Assembly (NCBI GenBank): GCA_034680045.1
Contig: JAXITO010000003.1
Location: forward strand, 37,411-101,410
Source of the DNA: Crocinitomicaceae bacterium
Lineage (GTDB): Bacteria; Bacteroidota; Bacteroidia; Flavobacteriales_D; Crocinitomicaceae
Direction: 5' to 3'
Length of the DNA: 64,000 bases
Below, piece after piece: positions 1 to 9,900 of the stretch. Both the position numbers and the translations under genes were made by a program. The notes below the pieces were generated by a model. It saw nothing but the letters and a program-made list of their open reading frames with translations, was not told the origin of the DNA and did no database searches. Each line of letters starts with the position of its first letter. The stretch's first letter is position 1.

Positions 1-1
1 T

Positions 2-814
2 TTGATAGACGATGCATCTTCCCCTGCCTACAAAACCATGAATCAATTTACCCATCCGAAAGTCCAATTGATTCAATTAGCTCACAATATAGGCAGATCC
101 AAAATCAGGAATGCATTTTTGCACTACACAAATGCAACGCACCTCCTCTTTTTAGATGGAGATAGCACCGTTGCCAATCCCTTCTTTCTTCAAAACTACA
201 GCAACTACCTCAATCAGCATCAAGACACTACTGTTTTGGTTGGAGCAAGTATATATCAAGTTGAAACGCCACCTGCTAATTACCGCTTGCGCTGGACGTA
301 CTCTACCATTAGAGAAAGCTTAACTTTTGAGCAGCGCAGCAAAGACGTACACGCTGGTTTTAAAACAAATAATTTTTTGATCCAAAAAAGCCTGTTGGAG
401 CAATTTCCTTTTGATGAGGAATTAACGGGTTATGGTCATGAGGACACTATTTTTGGCTTGCAAATCCTTGCGCACAACATCGAAATACAACACATCAATA
501 ATCCTGTCTGGAATTTAAAATTAGATACGAATACGGAATTCCTCCTTAAAACGGATAGCGCCTTATCTAATTTACTTTGGTTGCAACAGCAATACCCCAC
601 ACCCTTACTTTTAGACACCAATAAGTTGCTGCGTTACTTTCAGCTCGCCAATCGCTTTTTACTGACGCGGTGCCTTCTTTGGGGTTTATCTATTCAAACC
701 GCTTTGTATCGCCGCATTTTAAAAACGGGACGAGCGCCGTTATTTCTTTTTGATTTATATCGACTCGGAAGACTCTATCAATTAAATAAAGATGCGAAGC
801 GCAAGCGCAGCTAA
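2..814 (+). CDS. Glycosyltransferase family 2 (5' end probably cut by the window edge)
   Basis: DXD-type motif LFLDGDS and the GYGHEDTIFG segment are typical of GT2 / galactosyltransferase-C-like enzymes. The ORF runs to the left edge. The TTG at position 2 is only the first start-like codon in the window. Confidence 0.65.
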   Translation: MIDDASSPAYKTMNQFTHPKVQLIQLAHNIGRSKIRNAFLHYTNATHLLFLDGDSTVANPFFLQNYSNYLNQHQDTTVLVGASIYQVETPPANYRLRWTYSTIRESLTFEQRSKDVHAGFKTNNFLIQKSLLEQFPFDEELTGYGHEDTIFGLQILAHNIEIQHINNPVWNLKLDTNTEFLLKTDSALSNLLWLQQQYPTPLLLDTNKLLRYFQLANRFLLTRCLLWGLSIQTALYRRILKTGRAPLFLFDLYRLGRLYQLNKDAKRKRS

Positions 815-1906
815 CACCTCTTTATCAACACCCCAATGTTCTATTTCGGCCGCTTTTTTGCAATTTGCATTTAATTCTTGCAGGCGCTGTGGGTTGGCTA
901 AAAGTACATTAATACAACTAGCGATTGCTTCGGGAGAAACTGTGTCGATTAGTTCACCACAATCATGCTTTTGGATCAGGTGCTCAATTTCTACCAATCT
1001 ACTTGAAACAATTGGTGTCTGCGCCTGAATGTAGTCAAACACTTTATTGGGAAGTGCTAATTGATAATTTAGGCTAAGGGGTTTATCTAGTGCCAAACCT
1101 AAGTCAGCTGCCGCGGTGTAGCGCATTAATTCTGCATAGGGTAGTCGCGGCACAAAACGAACTTTTTCTTGTAGTGAATGGAGGGTAACAATTTTTTTAA
1201 TTTCAGGTATGACGTCTCCGTCACCCACTAAAAACAATACGGCATTTGAAATAGAAGCCATGGCAAGTACAGCCTCTTCAATCCCTCTTTGAACATTTAA
1301 ACCACTACCTTGAATAATGAGCATTTTTTGATCATGAGAGAGTCCAAGTTCGCTTTTTGAAAGGGTTGCAATTGATTCGAGTTTTTGAGGAACATTGCGC
1401 ACTACACTTACCTCTAATTTGTACTTGTTTTTAAATATGCTTGCAATGGATGCATTTACCGTAATGATTTCTTTCAATTGAGGAAGTATGCGCTTTTCAA
1501 AAGAAAGCCATATTTTTTGAATAGTGGTCCTTGAAGTAAGCTCCGGAACTTCGGTAAAAAGTTCATGACTATCGTATAAAATGGGTATGCGTTTGATCCG
1601 ACTCACTAGAAATGCAGCTGGTAGGGTGTCTAGGTCATTGGCAAAAATATATTCGTATTGATGGAAGAGTAAGATGAAAAACAAGCGTACATTGAGGTTT
1701 GCATAGAACAACGCACCTTTTTCAAAAAACAACTTGATGCGGCGCACGCTATAGGTGCGCTCGGGCATCTGCGGACTGCTTTTTTTCTGACGACCAATTA
1801 AATATACTTGAAAACCAAGCTCTTCCAAAACTGTGCAGCTGCGATGCACGCGGTTGTCTGTAGCGAGGTCGCTAGAGACGGTCATATAAACTCTTTTTTG
1901 GCGCAT
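782..1906 (-). CDS. Glycosyltransferase family 1/4
   Basis: GT-B features: N-terminal MTVSSDLATDNRVHRS..LGFQV, and a C-terminal LPNKVFDYIQAQTPIV (EX7E-like) region. I moved the start to the ATG at 1906 (MRQKRVY). The longer ORF, to 2032, covers two promoter-like boxes. The 3' end overlaps the convergent GT2 gene by 33 nt. Confidence 0.7.
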   Translation of the reverse strand: MRQKRVYMTVSSDLATDNRVHRSCTVLEELGFQVYLIGRQKKSSPQMPERTYSVRRIKLFFEKGALFYANLNVRLFFILLFHQYEYIFANDLDTLPAAFLVSRIKRIPILYDSHELFTEVPELTSRTTIQKIWLSFEKRILPQLKEIITVNASIASIFKNKYKLEVSVVRNVPQKLESIATLSKSELGLSHDQKMLIIQGSGLNVQRGIEEAVLAMASISNAVLFLVGDGDVIPEIKKIVTLHSLQEKVRFVPRLPYAELMRYTAAADLGLALDKPLSLNYQLALPNKVFDYIQAQTPIVSSRLVEIEHLIQKHDCGELIDTVSPEAIASCINVLLANPQRLQELNANCKKAAEIEHWGVDKEVLAALALRIFI

Positions 1907-1911
1907 TGAAA

Positions 1912-1919
1912 CAAAAGTA
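1912..1919 (-). promoter_or_regulatory. Candidate Bacteroidota -7 promoter box (TACTTTTG) for the GT1 gene
   Basis: The minus strand reads TACTTTTG-TTTCA-ATG, which matches TAnnTTTG. The start codon A lies 6 nt after the box. Confidence 0.35.
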
Positions 1920-1993
1920 ACGATTTCCCGTAAGTGTTGCCTGCAATTGGAAAAGAGCCACTGAATAGTTTGTATAAATTTTTTCAAAAACTC

Positions 1994-2023
1994 TTTGTGA
2001 TAAAAAAAAGTTTTGTACATTTG
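1994..2023 (+). promoter_or_regulatory. Candidate promoter of the tRNA-tuf cluster (-33 TTTG, 18-nt spacer, -7 TACATTTG)
   Basis: TTTG at 1994-1997 and TACATTTG at 2016-2023, about 73 nt upstream of the first tRNA. This matches the Bacteroides-type sigma-A consensus TTTG/TAnnTTTG. Confidence 0.45.
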
Positions 2024-2095
2024 CAATCCCAAAACGCAGGTTTAGGGGAACGTTCTTTCACAAAATGTGAATTACCAACATTCAAAACAATACAA

Positions 2096-2169
2096 GCCGA
2101 TGTAGCTCAGTTGGCCAGAGCAGCTGATTTGTAATCAGCTGGTCGGGGGTTCGAATCCCTCCATCGGCT
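2096..2169 (+). tRNA. tRNA-Thr (anticodon TGT)
   Basis: Cloverleaf read by eye. Acceptor GCCGATG/CATCGGC, D-arm TAGCTCAGTTGG, anticodon stem GCTGA/TCAGC with loop TTTGTAA, T-loop GGTTCGAATCC. CCA follows at 2170-2172. Confidence 0.9.
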
Positions 2170-2176
2170 CCATGTT

Positions 2177-2259
2177 GGGGAGATACTCAAGCGGCCAACG
2201 AGGGCAGACTGTAAATCTGCTGGTGTACACCTTCGCAGGTTCGAATCCTGCTCTCCCCA
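2177..2259 (+). tRNA. tRNA-Tyr (anticodon GTA)
   Basis: Acceptor GGGGAGA/TCTCCCC, anticodon loop CTGTAAA, long variable arm, T-loop GGTTCGAATCC. Confidence 0.9.
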
Positions 2260-2282
2260 CAAACACTAACAAAAGAATTTAA

Positions 2283-2355
2283 GCGGGAGTAGCTCAGTTG
2301 GTAGAGCGTCAGCCTTCCAAGCTGAACGTCGCGAGTTCGAATCTCGTCTCCCGCT
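2283..2355 (+). tRNA. tRNA-Gly (anticodon TCC)
   Basis: Acceptor GCGGGAG/CTCCCGC, anticodon loop CTTCCAA, T-loop AGTTCGAATCT. Confidence 0.9.
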
Positions 2356-2373
2356 CACTCTTTTTGTTTGAGC

Positions 2374-2445
2374 GCCGGTGTAGCTCAGGGGTAGAGCGCT
2401 TCCTTGGTAAGGAAGAGGTCACGAGTTCAATTCTCGTCATTGGCT
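2374..2445 (+). tRNA. tRNA-Thr (anticodon GGT)
   Basis: Acceptor GCCGGTG/CATTGGC (one G-T pair), anticodon stem CTTCC/GGAAG with loop TTGGTAA, T-loop AGTTCAATTCT. Confidence 0.9.
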
Positions 2446-2537
2446 CAATGTAAAATTGCATTTAAGTCCGTTACGCGTTGCGTCTCGGACCTTTATGATA
2501 GATAAGTATATTATTAACTAAGTAACAAATACACAAA

Positions 2538-3725
2538 ATGGCTAAGGAAAATTTTGACCGTTCCAAACCACACGTCAACATCGGTACCATCGGACACGTT
2601 GACCACGGTAAGACTACGTTGACTGCTGCTATCTCTAGCGTTCTTTCGAGCAAAGGATTGGCTCAGGCTCGTGACTTCTCCTCAATTGACAACGCTCCAG
2701 AAGAGAAAGAGCGTGGTATTACCATCAACACATCTCACATTGAGTATGAAACTGCTAACCGTCACTACGCGCACGTTGACTGTCCAGGTCACGCCGACTA
2801 CGTAAAGAACATGGTTACGGGTGCTGCTCAAATGGACGGTGCTATCCTCGTTGTAGCTGCAACAGACGGACCAATGCCGCAAACACGTGAGCACATCCTT
2901 CTTGGTCGTCAGGTAGGTGTTCCTCGCATGGTTGTCTTCATGAACAAAGTGGACATGGTAGACGATGCTGAATTATTAGAATTAGTTGAAATGGAAGTAC
3001 GTGAATTACTTTCTTTCTACAAATACGACGGTGACAACGCTCCAGTTATTCAAGGTTCTGCACTTGGTGCATTGAACGCTGAACCACAGTGGGTTGAGAA
3101 AATCGAAGAATTAATGGATGCAGTTGATACATACATCGAACTTCCTCCACGTGACGTTGACAAGCCATTCTTGATGCCAGTTGAAGACGTATTTACGATC
3201 ACTGGTCGTGGTACTGTTGCAACAGGTCGTATCGAAACAGGTGTAATCAACTCTGGTGAGCCAGTTGAAATCCTTGGTATGGGTGAAGTTAAATTGACTT
3301 CTACTGTAACAGGTGTTGAGATGTTCCGTAAGATCCTTGACCGCGGTGAAGCTGGTGACAACGTTGGTTTGTTACTTCGCGGAATTGAAAAATCGCAAAT
3401 CAAACGTGGAATGGTTATCTGTAAACCAGGTTCAACTACACCACACATCGAATTTAAAGCTGAGATCTACGTATTGAAGAAAGAAGAAGGTGGTCGCCAC
3501 ACTCCTTTCCACAACAAATACCGTCCTCAGTTCTATTTCCGTACAACTGACGTAACTGGTGAGATCTTCCTTAGCGATGGTCGCGAGATGGTTATGCCAG
3601 GTGACAACGTATCTATTAATGTTAAGTTGATCGTACCAGTTGCGATGGACAAAGGTCTTCGTTTCGCAATCCGCGAAGGTGGACGTACAGTAGGTGCGGG
3701 TCAGGTTACAGAAATCGTAGCTTAA
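2538..3725 (+). CDS. tuf: Translation elongation factor Tu
   Basis: 395 aa. [14 protein letters not shown] and NKVD GTPase motifs, with full-length EF-Tu similarity. Confidence 0.98.
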   Translation: MAKENFDRSKPHVNIGTIGHVDHGKTTLTAAISSVLSSKGLAQARDFSSIDNAPEEKERGITINTSHIEYETANRHYAHVDCPGHADYVKNMVTGAAQMDGAILVVAATDGPMPQTREHILLGRQVGVPRMVVFMNKVDMVDDAELLELVEMEVRELLSFYKYDGDNAPVIQGSALGALNAEPQWVEKIEELMDAVDTYIELPPRDVDKPFLMPVEDVFTITGRGTVATGRIETGVINSGEPVEILGMGEVKLTSTVTGVEMFRKILDRGEAGDNVGLLLRGIEKSQIKRGMVICKPGSTTPHIEFKAEIYVLKKEEGGRHTPFHNKYRPQFYFRTTDVTGEIFLSDGREMVMPGDNVSINVKLIVPVAMDKGLRFAIREGGRTVGAGQVTEIVA

Positions 3726-3749
3726 GATTCTACCAAAAGTAAAAAGTAA

Positions 3750-3773
3750 GGGGAGTTAACAGCTCCCCTTTTT
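3750..3773 (+). terminator. Hairpin plus T-run after tuf (intrinsic terminator or processing hairpin)
   Basis: GGGGAG-loop-CTCCCC followed by TTTTT. It ends 2 nt before tRNA-Trp. Confidence 0.45.
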
Positions 3774-3775
3774 AA

Positions 3776-3848
3776 ACGGGTGTAGCTCAGCTGGTAGAGT
3801 AGTGGTCTCCAAAACCATTGGTCGTGGGTTCGAACCCTACCGCCCGTG
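3776..3848 (+). tRNA. tRNA-Trp (anticodon CCA)
   Basis: Acceptor ACGGGTG/CGCCCGT, D-arm TAGCTCAGCTGGT, anticodon loop CTCCAAA, T-loop GGTTCGAACCC. Confidence 0.9.
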
Positions 3849-3868
3849 CACAATTAAAACAACTGTTC

Positions 3869-4090
3869 GTGTTAAAATTAAGATCATACATCATCGACAT
3901 CTACAACGAGATGGTTCATCAAGTAACCTGGCCTACATGGAAAGAGTTACAAAATAACACTATCCTTGTAGTCGTAGCATCTTTGCTTATCTCCCTAGTT
4001 ATCTTTGCCATGGACTTCACTTTCGGTATTACCGGAGAAGAAGGTTCATTATGGAAAGGTGTGCTTGGCTTTATCTACGGATCTTTCTAA
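3869..4090 (+). CDS. secE: Preprotein translocase subunit SecE
   Basis: Small protein with one C-terminal transmembrane helix and the VTWPTWKEL motif, in the conserved position between tRNA-Trp and nusG. The tracked ORF (3818) starts inside tRNA-Trp. I prefer the in-frame GTG at 3869; the ATG at MVHQ is the alternative. Confidence 0.7.
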   Translation: MLKLRSYIIDIYNEMVHQVTWPTWKELQNNTILVVVASLLISLVIFAMDFTFGITGEEGSLWKGVLGFIYGSF

Positions 4091-4103
4091 ACACTAAACT
4101 AGA

Positions 4104-4655
4104 ATGGCAGAAATAGCAAAGAAATGGTATGTTGTCCGTGCCGTAAGTGGTAAGGAGAAAAAAGTCAAGGAATACCTTGAACTCGAAATTGCACGTATGA
4201 AGCTTACTGATTATGTAAATCAGGTGCTCATTCCTACAGAAAAAGTTTTTAAAATCCAGAATGGTAAAAAAGTAAGCAAAGAAAAAGCTTTCTTACCAGG
4301 TTACGTCTTGATCGAAGCTGCATTAGTTGGTGAAGTATCTCACGTCATCAAAAGCATTCCAAATGTTATTGGTTTCTTGGGTACGGAAAAAGGCGGTGAG
4401 CCTGTTCCAATGAGAATGTCCGAAGTCAATCGTATTTTAGGCAAAGTAGATGAACTATCTATTACTGAAGAAGAACTCAAAATTCCATTTGTGATTGGCG
4501 AGTCTGTGAAAGTAATTGATGGTCCATTTAATAATTTTAGTGGTGTTGTCGACGAAATCAACGAAGACAAAAAGAAACTAAAAGTAATGGTCAAAATTTT
4601 TGGCCGCAAAAACTTGCTCGAGCTCAACTATATGCAGGTTGAGAAAGAGTCTTAA
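4104..4655 (+). CDS. nusG: Transcription termination/antitermination factor NusG
   Basis: N-terminal WYVVRAVSGKEKKV (NGN domain), a C-terminal KOW motif, and synteny with secE. Confidence 0.95.
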   Translation: MAEIAKKWYVVRAVSGKEKKVKEYLELEIARMKLTDYVNQVLIPTEKVFKIQNGKKVSKEKAFLPGYVLIEAALVGEVSHVIKSIPNVIGFLGTEKGGEPVPMRMSEVNRILGKVDELSITEEELKIPFVIGESVKVIDGPFNNFSGVVDEINEDKKKLKVMVKIFGRKNLLELNYMQVEKES

Positions 4656-4738
4656 AGTTGTATTAACCGTAGGAGTGGGCCTGATGACTAAAGCTTCCCG
4701 TCTAGTCGCCCACGTTTAACTACATAATTTGTATATAT
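4656..4738 (+). promoter_or_regulatory. Possible structured leader of the rplK-rplA operon (speculative)
   Basis: 83-nt gap containing a long-range stem GTGGGC...GCCCAC that encloses GATGACTAAAG. It sits where L1-mediated autoregulation acts in other bacteria. Confidence 0.2.
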
Positions 4739-5185
4739 ATGGCTAAAGAAGTAGCAGCATTGATCAAGTTACAGATCAAAGGAGGCGCAGCCAATCCATC
4801 TCCGCCAATTGGTCCGGCTCTCGGTGCCAAAGGTGTAAACATCATGGAGTTTTGTAAGCAGTTTAACGCGCGTACACAAGACAAAATGGGTAAGGTGGTA
4901 CCGGTTGTGATTACCGTTTACGGTGATAAATCTTTTGATTTCGTTCTCAAAACCCCGCCAGCAGCGGTACAAATCATTGAACATTCAAAAATTAAGAAAG
5001 GTTCGTCTGAGCCAAATCGTGTGAAAGTTGGTTCCGTAACTTGGGATCAAGTTCGTGCAATTGCCGAAGACAAACTTCCTGATTTGAATTGTTTCACTGT
5101 GGACTCTGCTATGCGCATGGTTGCAGGAACAGCAAGAAGTATGGGGGTTACCGTAAAAGGTGGCGAAGCTCCAAAATCCAAATAA
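4739..5185 (+). CDS. rplK: 50S ribosomal protein L11
   Basis: 148 aa. [20 protein letters not shown] is the L11 signature. Confidence 0.97.
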   Translation: MAKEVAALIKLQIKGGAANPSPPIGPALGAKGVNIMEFCKQFNARTQDKMGKVVPVVITVYGDKSFDFVLKTPPAAVQIIEHSKIKKGSSEPNRVKVGSVTWDQVRAIAEDKLPDLNCFTVDSAMRMVAGTARSMGVTVKGGEAPKSK

Positions 5186-5194
5186 TCATTGACT

Positions 5195-5890
5195 ATGAAA
5201 AGAGTTTCTAAAAAAAGAAAAGAGATTTTGGCAAAACATGATTTGTCAAAAACTTTCACTCTAACAGATGCATGTGATTTGGTGAAGGGAATTTCTACCA
5301 CTAAATTCGATGCCTCTGTAGATATTTGTGTTCGTTTGGGTGTAGACCCGCGTAAAGCGAATCAAATGGTACGTGGAACCGTTGCCTTACCACATGGTAC
5401 TGGTAAAGATGTCAAAGTACTTGTACTTTGTACTCCAGACAAAGAAAAAGAAGCGCAAGATGCAGGTGCAGACTTCGTTGGTCTTGACGATTACATCGCC
5501 AAAATCAAAGCTGGCTGGACGGCAGTTGATGTCATCATCACTATGCCTTCTGTAATGGGTAAAGTAGGTGCGTTAGGTCGTATCCTCGGTCCACGCGGCT
5601 TAATGCCAAACCCGAAAACAGGTACTGTAACCATGGAAATTGGTAAAGCAGTTGAAGAGGTTAAAGCAGGTAAAATTGACTTTAAAGTTGATAAATACGG
5701 CATTATCCACGCTGGAATCGGTAAGGTAAGTTTTGAAGGTGAAAAAATTCGCGAGAATGCTTTCGAATTGATTCAAACCCTTCTTAAACTCAAGCCATCT
5801 GCTGCAAAAGGTACATACATTAAAAGTATTTACTTGAGCTCTACGATGAGTCCCGGAATACAAATTGACGCGAAGTCTGTTACTGCTTAA
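5195..5890 (+). CDS. rplA: 50S ribosomal protein L1
   Basis: L1 family similarity ([11 protein letters not shown]). The tracked start at 5189 is a TTG, so I chose the ATG at 5195. Confidence 0.95.
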   Translation: MKRVSKKRKEILAKHDLSKTFTLTDACDLVKGISTTKFDASVDICVRLGVDPRKANQMVRGTVALPHGTGKDVKVLVLCTPDKEKEAQDAGADFVGLDDYIAKIKAGWTAVDVIITMPSVMGKVGALGRILGPRGLMPNPKTGTVTMEIGKAVEEVKAGKIDFKVDKYGIIHAGIGKVSFEGEKIRENAFELIQTLLKLKPSAAKGTYIKSIYLSSTMSPGIQIDAKSVTA

Positions 5891-5902
5891 TACTTAGAAC
5901 AC

Positions 5903-6424
5903 ATGACAAGAGAAGAAAAAGCACAGTACATCAGCGAATTAGCAGCACAATTATCTGCTACAAACGTTGTGTATTTGACAGACACTGCAGATTTGACCGT
6001 TGAGGCTGTGAACACTTTGCGCAGAAGATGTTTTCAATCAAACATCTCTATGCGCGTTGTAAAGAACGCTTTGCTTGAAAAAGCAATGGATCAAGTAGAA
6101 GGTAAAGAATTCGGTGCGTTACGCGACGTATTGAAAGGATCTACCTCAATAATGATTTCAGAAGTTGCAAATGCTCCTGCAAAATTGATTGCAGATTTCC
6201 GCAAGAAGTCTCCAAAACCACTTTTGAAAGGTGCATATATCGACGAAGCAATCTTTATCGGTGATGACCAACTAAGCGCATTAGAATCACTCAAAAGCAA
6301 AGAAGAGCTTATTGGTGACCTCATTGCCTTGTTGCAAAGCCCAGCGAAAAATGTATTGTCTGGTCTTCAAGGTGCTGGTGGCAAAATTGCTGGCATCCTT
6401 AAAACGCTCGAAGAACGAGCATAA
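5903..6424 (+). CDS. rplJ: 50S ribosomal protein L10
   Basis: 173 aa, in the L10 position between rplA and rplL, with N-terminal MTREEK... Confidence 0.93.
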   Translation: MTREEKAQYISELAAQLSATNVVYLTDTADLTVEAVNTLRRRCFQSNISMRVVKNALLEKAMDQVEGKEFGALRDVLKGSTSIMISEVANAPAKLIADFRKKSPKPLLKGAYIDEAIFIGDDQLSALESLKSKEELIGDLIALLQSPAKNVLSGLQGAGGKIAGILKTLEERA

Positions 6425-6460
6425 ACAATTAATTATTAAACCTTTTTAAATTTAAATAAA

Positions 6461-6838
6461 ATGGCTGATTTAAAGCAAATTGCAGAAACGTTGGTAAACC
6501 TTACAGTAAAAGAAGTAAGTGAATTGGCAACTATTATGAAAGACGAGTATGGCATCGAGCCTGCTGCTGCTGCTCCAGTAATGATGGCTGGTGCTGCTGT
6601 TGGTGGTGGCGAAGCTGCTGCTGAGCAAACTGAGTTTGATGTGATCCTCAAAGCTGGTGGTCCTAACAAACTTGCAGTAGTTAAACTTGTAAAAGAATTG
6701 ACTGGTAACGGTTTGAAAGAATCTAAAGACCTAGTTGATGCAGCACCTTCTACATTGAAAGAAGGCGTATCTAAAGATGAGGCTGAAGGCCTCAAAAAGT
6801 CTCTTGAAGAGGCTGGTGCTGAAGTAGAAGTTAAGTAA
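6461..6838 (+). CDS. rplL: 50S ribosomal protein L7/L12
   Basis: Ala-rich hinge [21 protein letters not shown] and a C-terminal domain [17 protein letters not shown]. Confidence 0.97.
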   Translation: MADLKQIAETLVNLTVKEVSELATIMKDEYGIEPAAAAPVMMAGAAVGGGEAAAEQTEFDVILKAGGPNKLAVVKLVKELTGNGLKESKDLVDAAPSTLKEGVSKDEAEGLKKSLEEAGAEVEVK

Positions 6839-6853
6839 TTCGATTCAGGATAT

Positions 6854-6898
6854 ACAGGAAAGGCACCGCCGAAAGGCGGGTGCCTTGTCCTGTTTTTT
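6854..6898 (+). terminator. rplL-rpoB intergenic hairpin plus T-run (attenuator/terminator)
   Basis: CAGGA-AGGCACCGCC-GAAA-GGCGGGTGCCT-TCCTG followed by TTTTTT. It occupies the same position as the E. coli rplL-rpoB attenuator. Confidence 0.7.
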
Positions 6899-6943
6899 GC
6901 ATGTTGATTTCAACAGAGTACAAAACATTAAAAAAAACAAGCC

Positions 6944-9900
6944 TTGGCAACAACAACTAATTCAACCAGAATTAATTTTGCTTCAAGCAAAAACCAGTTT
7001 GAATATCCAGATTTTCTGGAAATTCAGTTAAAGTCCTTTCAGGAATTTTTCCAATTGGAAACAACTCCTGAGAACCGCGATAGCGAAGGACTTTTCAAAG
7101 TGTTTGCTGAAAACTTTCCAATTACGGATACCCGCAACCAATTTGTTCTAGAATTCCTGGATTATTTCATTGATCCACCTCGTTACACCATTGAAGAGTG
7201 TATCGAAAGAGGACTAACCTACAGTGTTCCTCTCAAAGCAAAACTGAAACTGTATTGTACTGACCCTGAGCACGAGGATTTCGAAACCATCGTTCAGGAT
7301 GTTTATTTAGGTACAATTCCTTATATGACACCGAAAGGTTCATTTGTGGTCAATGGCGCAGAACGCGTAATTGTTTCGCAATTGCACCGTTCGCCAGGTG
7401 TTTTCTTTGGACAGTCTCGCCACGCAAATGGCACTAAGTTATATTCGGCAAGAATCATTCCTTTCAAAGGTTCTTGGATCGAATTTGCTACGGATATCAA
7501 CAATATCATGTACGCTTACATTGACCGTAAAAAGAAATTACCTGTTACGACACTTTTCCGCGCCATCGGTTACGAAACAGACCGCGATATCCTTGATATC
7601 TTTGGTCTTGCAGACGAAGTGAAGGTAAGTAAAACCAACCTCAAGAAACTTATTGGTCGTCGTTTGGCGGCAAGGGTTCTTAAAACTTGGATCGAAGATT
7701 TCGTAGATGAAGATACTGGAGAAGTAGTTTCTATCGAGCGCAATGAAGTTATTTTAGACCGCGAGCTATTGATCGGCGAGGAGCACCTCGACGCTATTAT
7801 GGATTCCGGTGCGAAATCACTTATTTTGCACAAAGAAGATGGCAACTCAACTGACTACACCATCATCTACAATACCCTACAAAAAGATACTTCCAATTCT
7901 GAAAAAGAAGCGGTTGAACACATCTACCGTCAGTTACGTAACGCAGATCCACCCGACTACGAAACGGCAAAAGGAGTTTTTGAAAAATTATTCTTCTCTG
8001 ACGCTCGTTACGATTTAGGCGAAGTTGGTCGTTACCGTATCAATAAAAAACTCAACCTTGAGTCTACTGAAGAGTCACGCGTTTTAACGAAAAACGATAT
8101 CATTTCAATCATCAAATATTTGATTGAACTGATCAACTCTAAGGCGGACATCGATGATATCGACCACTTATCAAATCGTCGTGTTCGTACGGTTGGTGAG
8201 CAACTTTATGCACAATTTGGCGTTGGTTTGGCCCGTATGGCTCGTACCATCCGCGAACGCATGAATGTCCGCGACAACGAAGTCTTTACACCAATTGATC
8301 TCATTAACGCGAAGACCTTATCTTCTGTGATCAACTCATTCTTTGGAACCAATCAGCTTTCTCAGTTCATGGACCAAACCAACCCGCTATCGGAAGTTAC
8401 GCACAAGCGTCGTCTTTCTGCTCTTGGGCCAGGCGGTCTATCCCGTGAACGCGCCGGATTCGAAGTACGTGACGTTCACTACACGCACTACGGTCGTTTG
8501 TGTACCATTGAAACACCTGAAGGTCCAAACATCGGACTCATCTCTTCACTTTGTGTATTTGCAAAAGTGAACAAACTTGGTTTCATCGAAACGCCTTACC
8601 GTCGTGTAGACAACGGTCGTGTTGTTTTTGAAGAAAGTCCAATTTACTTAGCTGCCGAAGAAGAAGATTCTAAAACAATTGCACAGGCCAACGCTAAAAT
8701 CGACGACAAAGGAAACTTCCTTTCTGACTTGGTTAAAGCGCGTTATGAAGGTGACTTCCCAGTTGTTGCCCCAGGCGACCTCAGTTTGATGGATGTTGGT
8801 GCCAACCAAATTGCATCCATCGCGGCATCTTCCATTCCATTCCTCGAACACGATGATGCCAACCGTGCACTCATGGGCTCTAACATGCAGCGTCAAGCTG
8901 TTCCGTTGTTGCGTCCAAATGCCCCAATTGTAGGTACAGGTATCGAGCAACTTGTTGCTAGAGATTCACGCGTACTTATCAACGCAGAAGGTTTTGGAAC
9001 TGTAGAATACGTAGATGCAAATGAAATCGTTATCCGTTACGACTGGAACGATCAAGATAAATTAGTGAGTTTTGACAGCGAAGTAACCCGTTACTCCCTT
9101 ACTAAATTCATGAAAACCAACCAAAGTACTTGTATCAACCTCAAGCCAATTGTACAAAAAGGCGATCGCGTTGAAAAAGGACAAGTTCTTTGTGAAGGTT
9201 ACGCAACACAATCTGGTGAACTCGCACTCGGTCAAAACCTTAAGGTGGCTTTCATGCCTTGGAAAGGGTACAACTTCGAGGATGCGATTGTAATTTCAGA
9301 AAAAGTGGTGCGCAACGACATCTTTACGTCTATTCACATCGATGAATATTCTTTGGAAGTACGCGATACCAAACGCGGTATGGAAGAGTTGACCTCTGAC
9401 ATTCCAAACGTTTCTGAAGAGGCTACCAAAGACCTCGACGAAAACGGCTTGATCCGCATTGGTGCAGAAATCAAAGAAGGCGACATCCTAATTGGTAAAA
9501 TCACACCAAAAGGAGAGACAGACCCATCTCCAGAAGAAAAACTTTTACGTGCCATCTTTGGTGACAAAGCAGGCGACGTCAAAGACGCTTCTTTGAAAGC
9601 CGGGCCATCATTGCGCGGTGTTGTGATCGAGAAGAAATTATTCTCGAGAGCTGTCAAAGACCGCAAATCTAAATCTCAAGATAAGCCTGTACTCGAAGCA
9701 CTCGACGCAGATTACCAAAGAGATTTCGCTGCACTTCGCGACAAATTAGTCGATAAATTATTGCTTATTCTCGGCGAACAAAAGTCTGCTGGTGTATTCA
9801 ATAACTTTAAAGAAGAGTTGATCAAAAAAGGAACTAAATTCAGTAACAAAGCACTTAGTGCGCTAGATTACTCTATTGTAAATCCGCTCAACTGGACAGC

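Noticed and set aside
782-814. 33-nt convergent overlap of the two glycosyltransferase genes' 3' ends.
   Set aside because: It is real in the sequence, but short convergent overlaps are common in compact genomes. No hairpin or other signal suggests a special function.
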